Below are positions 61,536 through 64,000 of a stretch of DNA of 64,000 bases, piece after piece. How positions within the stretch are numbered: position 1 is the stretch's first letter; the number at the start of each line of letters is the position of its first letter. The DNA lies in the NCBI GenBank assembly GCA_047495785.1, contig JBLDXI010000023.1, positions 1,415,937 through 1,479,936 of the forward strand, written 5' to 3'. The translations under genes and the position numbers were made by a program. Under the pieces are notes generated by a model that did not search any database, was not told the origin of the DNA, and worked only from the letters and a program-made list of their open reading frames with translations. This DNA comes from Lepidodermella squamata (Eukaryota; Animalia; Gastrotricha).

Positions 61536-64000
61536 CACTGAGAGGCTTTTTAGGCGTAAATGCGCATAATTTTAAGCGTAAGCGTATTTCGAATATTTTA
61601 CCCCTAAATTGTCTTGCTTTTACGCTTAAAATCGTAGGTGCGTGATTTTACCCGTAAAATTGCGCGAAAATGTTTAAGCGTAAATCGTTCAAGCTTTACG
61701 CGTATAAGATTAATATTTTAAGCGTAAAATTAGTTTCAATTTTACGAGTAAACTCGGCAAATTTTACGCAGAAAATGTGGGTCTAATTATCATTCGTTTT
61801 ACGCATTAATTATTCGAGGTCATTATTATCGCTGACGTAATTTATATCATCATTATCTCTCGCTTTCCCACTTTTTCATCATTATCATCATTTTCATCAT
61901 TTATGTTTTTTCAACAGGAAGGTTTTAGCGCGGCGTTCCTCTATTAATCGTTCGTGCGGCCGCACGCGCCTGTCGACCTGGCGCTGGTAATTGAAGATGA
62001 GCGATGACTTCATCAAAACTTATCTTATTTTCCTCTGATGAGAGAAACAGAAAACAGTCATAGAAAGTGATAAAAAGAAATAAAACATTGCTGTTTGGAA
62101 ATGAAACGCCGGAGAATAAATAAATTCAGGATTTATTGCGTGGAAGTGATGATAATAACGTGCGCTATTCGGCCTATATTTTTGCGCGCGTCTAAATTAC
62201 TTAGTTTTACAAGCGCGCGCGCGCGCGACTTATTAGGTAGGCGCGCCGCGACTTATTAGGTAGTATTTATTTGCTAAAATTTACTATAACGCAAAATCTA
62301 GGGCGAACATTCGGTATGCAAAAGTGTTTTCCTAAATTTTTCTGAATTTTGGTAATTTTGTCATTTTCCCCATTAATTCAAATTAAATCAAATTCAACGA
62401 TGATTGAGCAACGCTGAATTTTCAGTAATAATTGAATTGTTTTTCGATAAAAGCTATCAGGAAACATCTCAAATGCCATCAATTTTAACATAATGAGACG
62501 GTCGCGCCGCATATAACAGCACAATAAACTTCAAAAGCGCGGCGCGGCTTTAATCCGCGCTGTTGCCGCCTTGCGAAAACGTGCAATAAAGCAATAGATA
62601 TAAAGTGATAGATAAGTGACGAAACAGTGCAAATAGGTGTATCAAGTATTAGCGGTGCATGAAGTGATAAACGAATAATGAAAATTGTTGTAATACACGT
62701 TTTGAATTAATGATGGCTAACCTTGTCGCTGTGTTATTTTTCCTGTATTAAACAAGCCGAATACGAGGCAATAAAATAAAATAGGGCAATAAAATAACCA
62801 ACCGTCCGATGATGGCGATGATGATGATGATGATATCAGAGATATTAATTTGTAAATTAATCTGGTTAGAGCTGATGGTAACGAGATTCAAACACGATGA
62901 AAATAGTGAATAAAACATGAACGCTCGACAAGTTCAAAATTTCAAATGCTGGCAGCGCACAGCCTTTGTAACTGACGCGCGGCTAAAAGCGGCGCCTTTG
63001 TGCGCGCGCGGCGGCTCGTCCTTTATGATGCAACAAACTGAGGCGCTGGCAAATTTGATTTGATGCGCGGTATTCCTAATGCGCCACTCAACCTGTACCC
63101 ATTTTTTTCATCACTTTTTATCACATCATTTCACCAGCCTTTATCACTGCGGCCGGAAATAAAAACAGACTACAATAATAGGAAAAGGGCAACACCTGCA
63201 ATACCTGTTTGCAACGGAGAGATGAAAAGTCTTGATTGCAGGGCGTGTTAGCCGCCGGTCTTTTAACGAGCCGCAAAGCGGCCGCTGTTAATTTAACAGG
63301 TGGCTGACGGTGTTGACCTGCAAAACCTGGATCAGTACTTCACGGCAAGTAATTGACATTTAATGAGAGTGTACACGTCGCTCGGGTCGCGCGAGTCACA
63401 CGCAGCGTGAAGTTGTTGCCACGTGCGCGGCGTGAAAAACTGCGGAGGCGTGAAGTTGTGGTTCGGCGCGCCCAGCCCAATGCGCGCGTCGTTTTATCGT
63501 AAAATCTAGGCGCCAAATTCGAATTCAAAATATTGGCGCCAAAATGTGGACACCTTGTTCTGCCTTGCAGCCGGCGGATGGGCGGAGCTGAACTGCTGCC
63601 CTCCGGTTGCTGGCTGCAATGCCTAATTTAACGCCGAACTACCTGACCGGTGTTTTCATTACATTATTAGACATTATGACCTGAAACGTTATTGCTCTCC
63701 CCTCGGCTGTGTATCCCCAGATTGCATGCTCATCAATGCATATCATTATTATTTCACCATGTTTATTTCTAGGTTTTCGCGTTATTCGGCCTGCGCCGTT
63801 GTTACGTGCTTCTGATTTCTTTCTTGAAAATCAGGATTTTTAATTAATTCTTTGACAAACATCTGAATTTTATCACGTTTCAATTTCGCCAAAATTTTCT
63901 TAATAGCTTTTAAGGTATACTGCTTCAAATTTCAGGGTTGCAGTTTCGTTCCCGAAATCCAACTGGAAATTTTTTTTAGCTCGGTTGTATTTACATGTTT
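61536..64000 (+). mobile_element. Mirror of the CMC/EnSpm element, non-coding end only
   Basis: TA-CACTGAGAGGC terminus with subterminal TAAGCGTAAA repeats; reverse complement of 15167-17631. Confidence 0.85.

Larger units (their letters stand above)
44203..64000 (-). repeat. Right arm of giant inverted duplication (reaches the window edge)
   Basis: Reverse complement of 15167-34965. Confidence 0.97.

Overview
Eukaryotic (animal-like) genomic DNA with short spliceosomal introns and many transposons; no rRNA, tRNA or CRISPR seen. (1) A cluster of paralogous 7-exon genes, each full copy encoding seven tandem, highly divergent homeodomains (~424 aa). One copy splices without lesion (25584-28229, mirrored at 50938-53583); the others are truncated, interrupted or decayed. 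(2) A giant inverted duplication: ~15167-34965 is mirrored at ~44203-64000 (coordinates sum to 79167/79168) around a 9.2-kb spacer. The inner ends are two inverted GC-rich LINE copies (gag-like ORF1, APE+RT ORF2, GAATTTA-repeat tail) and the arms stop being identical inside that LINE. (3) An apparently intact 9.6-kb CMC/EnSpm (CACTA-type) DNA transposon with two spliced genes, inside a nest of hAT, Tc1-like and other MITEs. Gene models were spliced by hand; no database search was possible, so family names rest on motifs, termini and target-site duplications (TSDs), and the host species is not identified.
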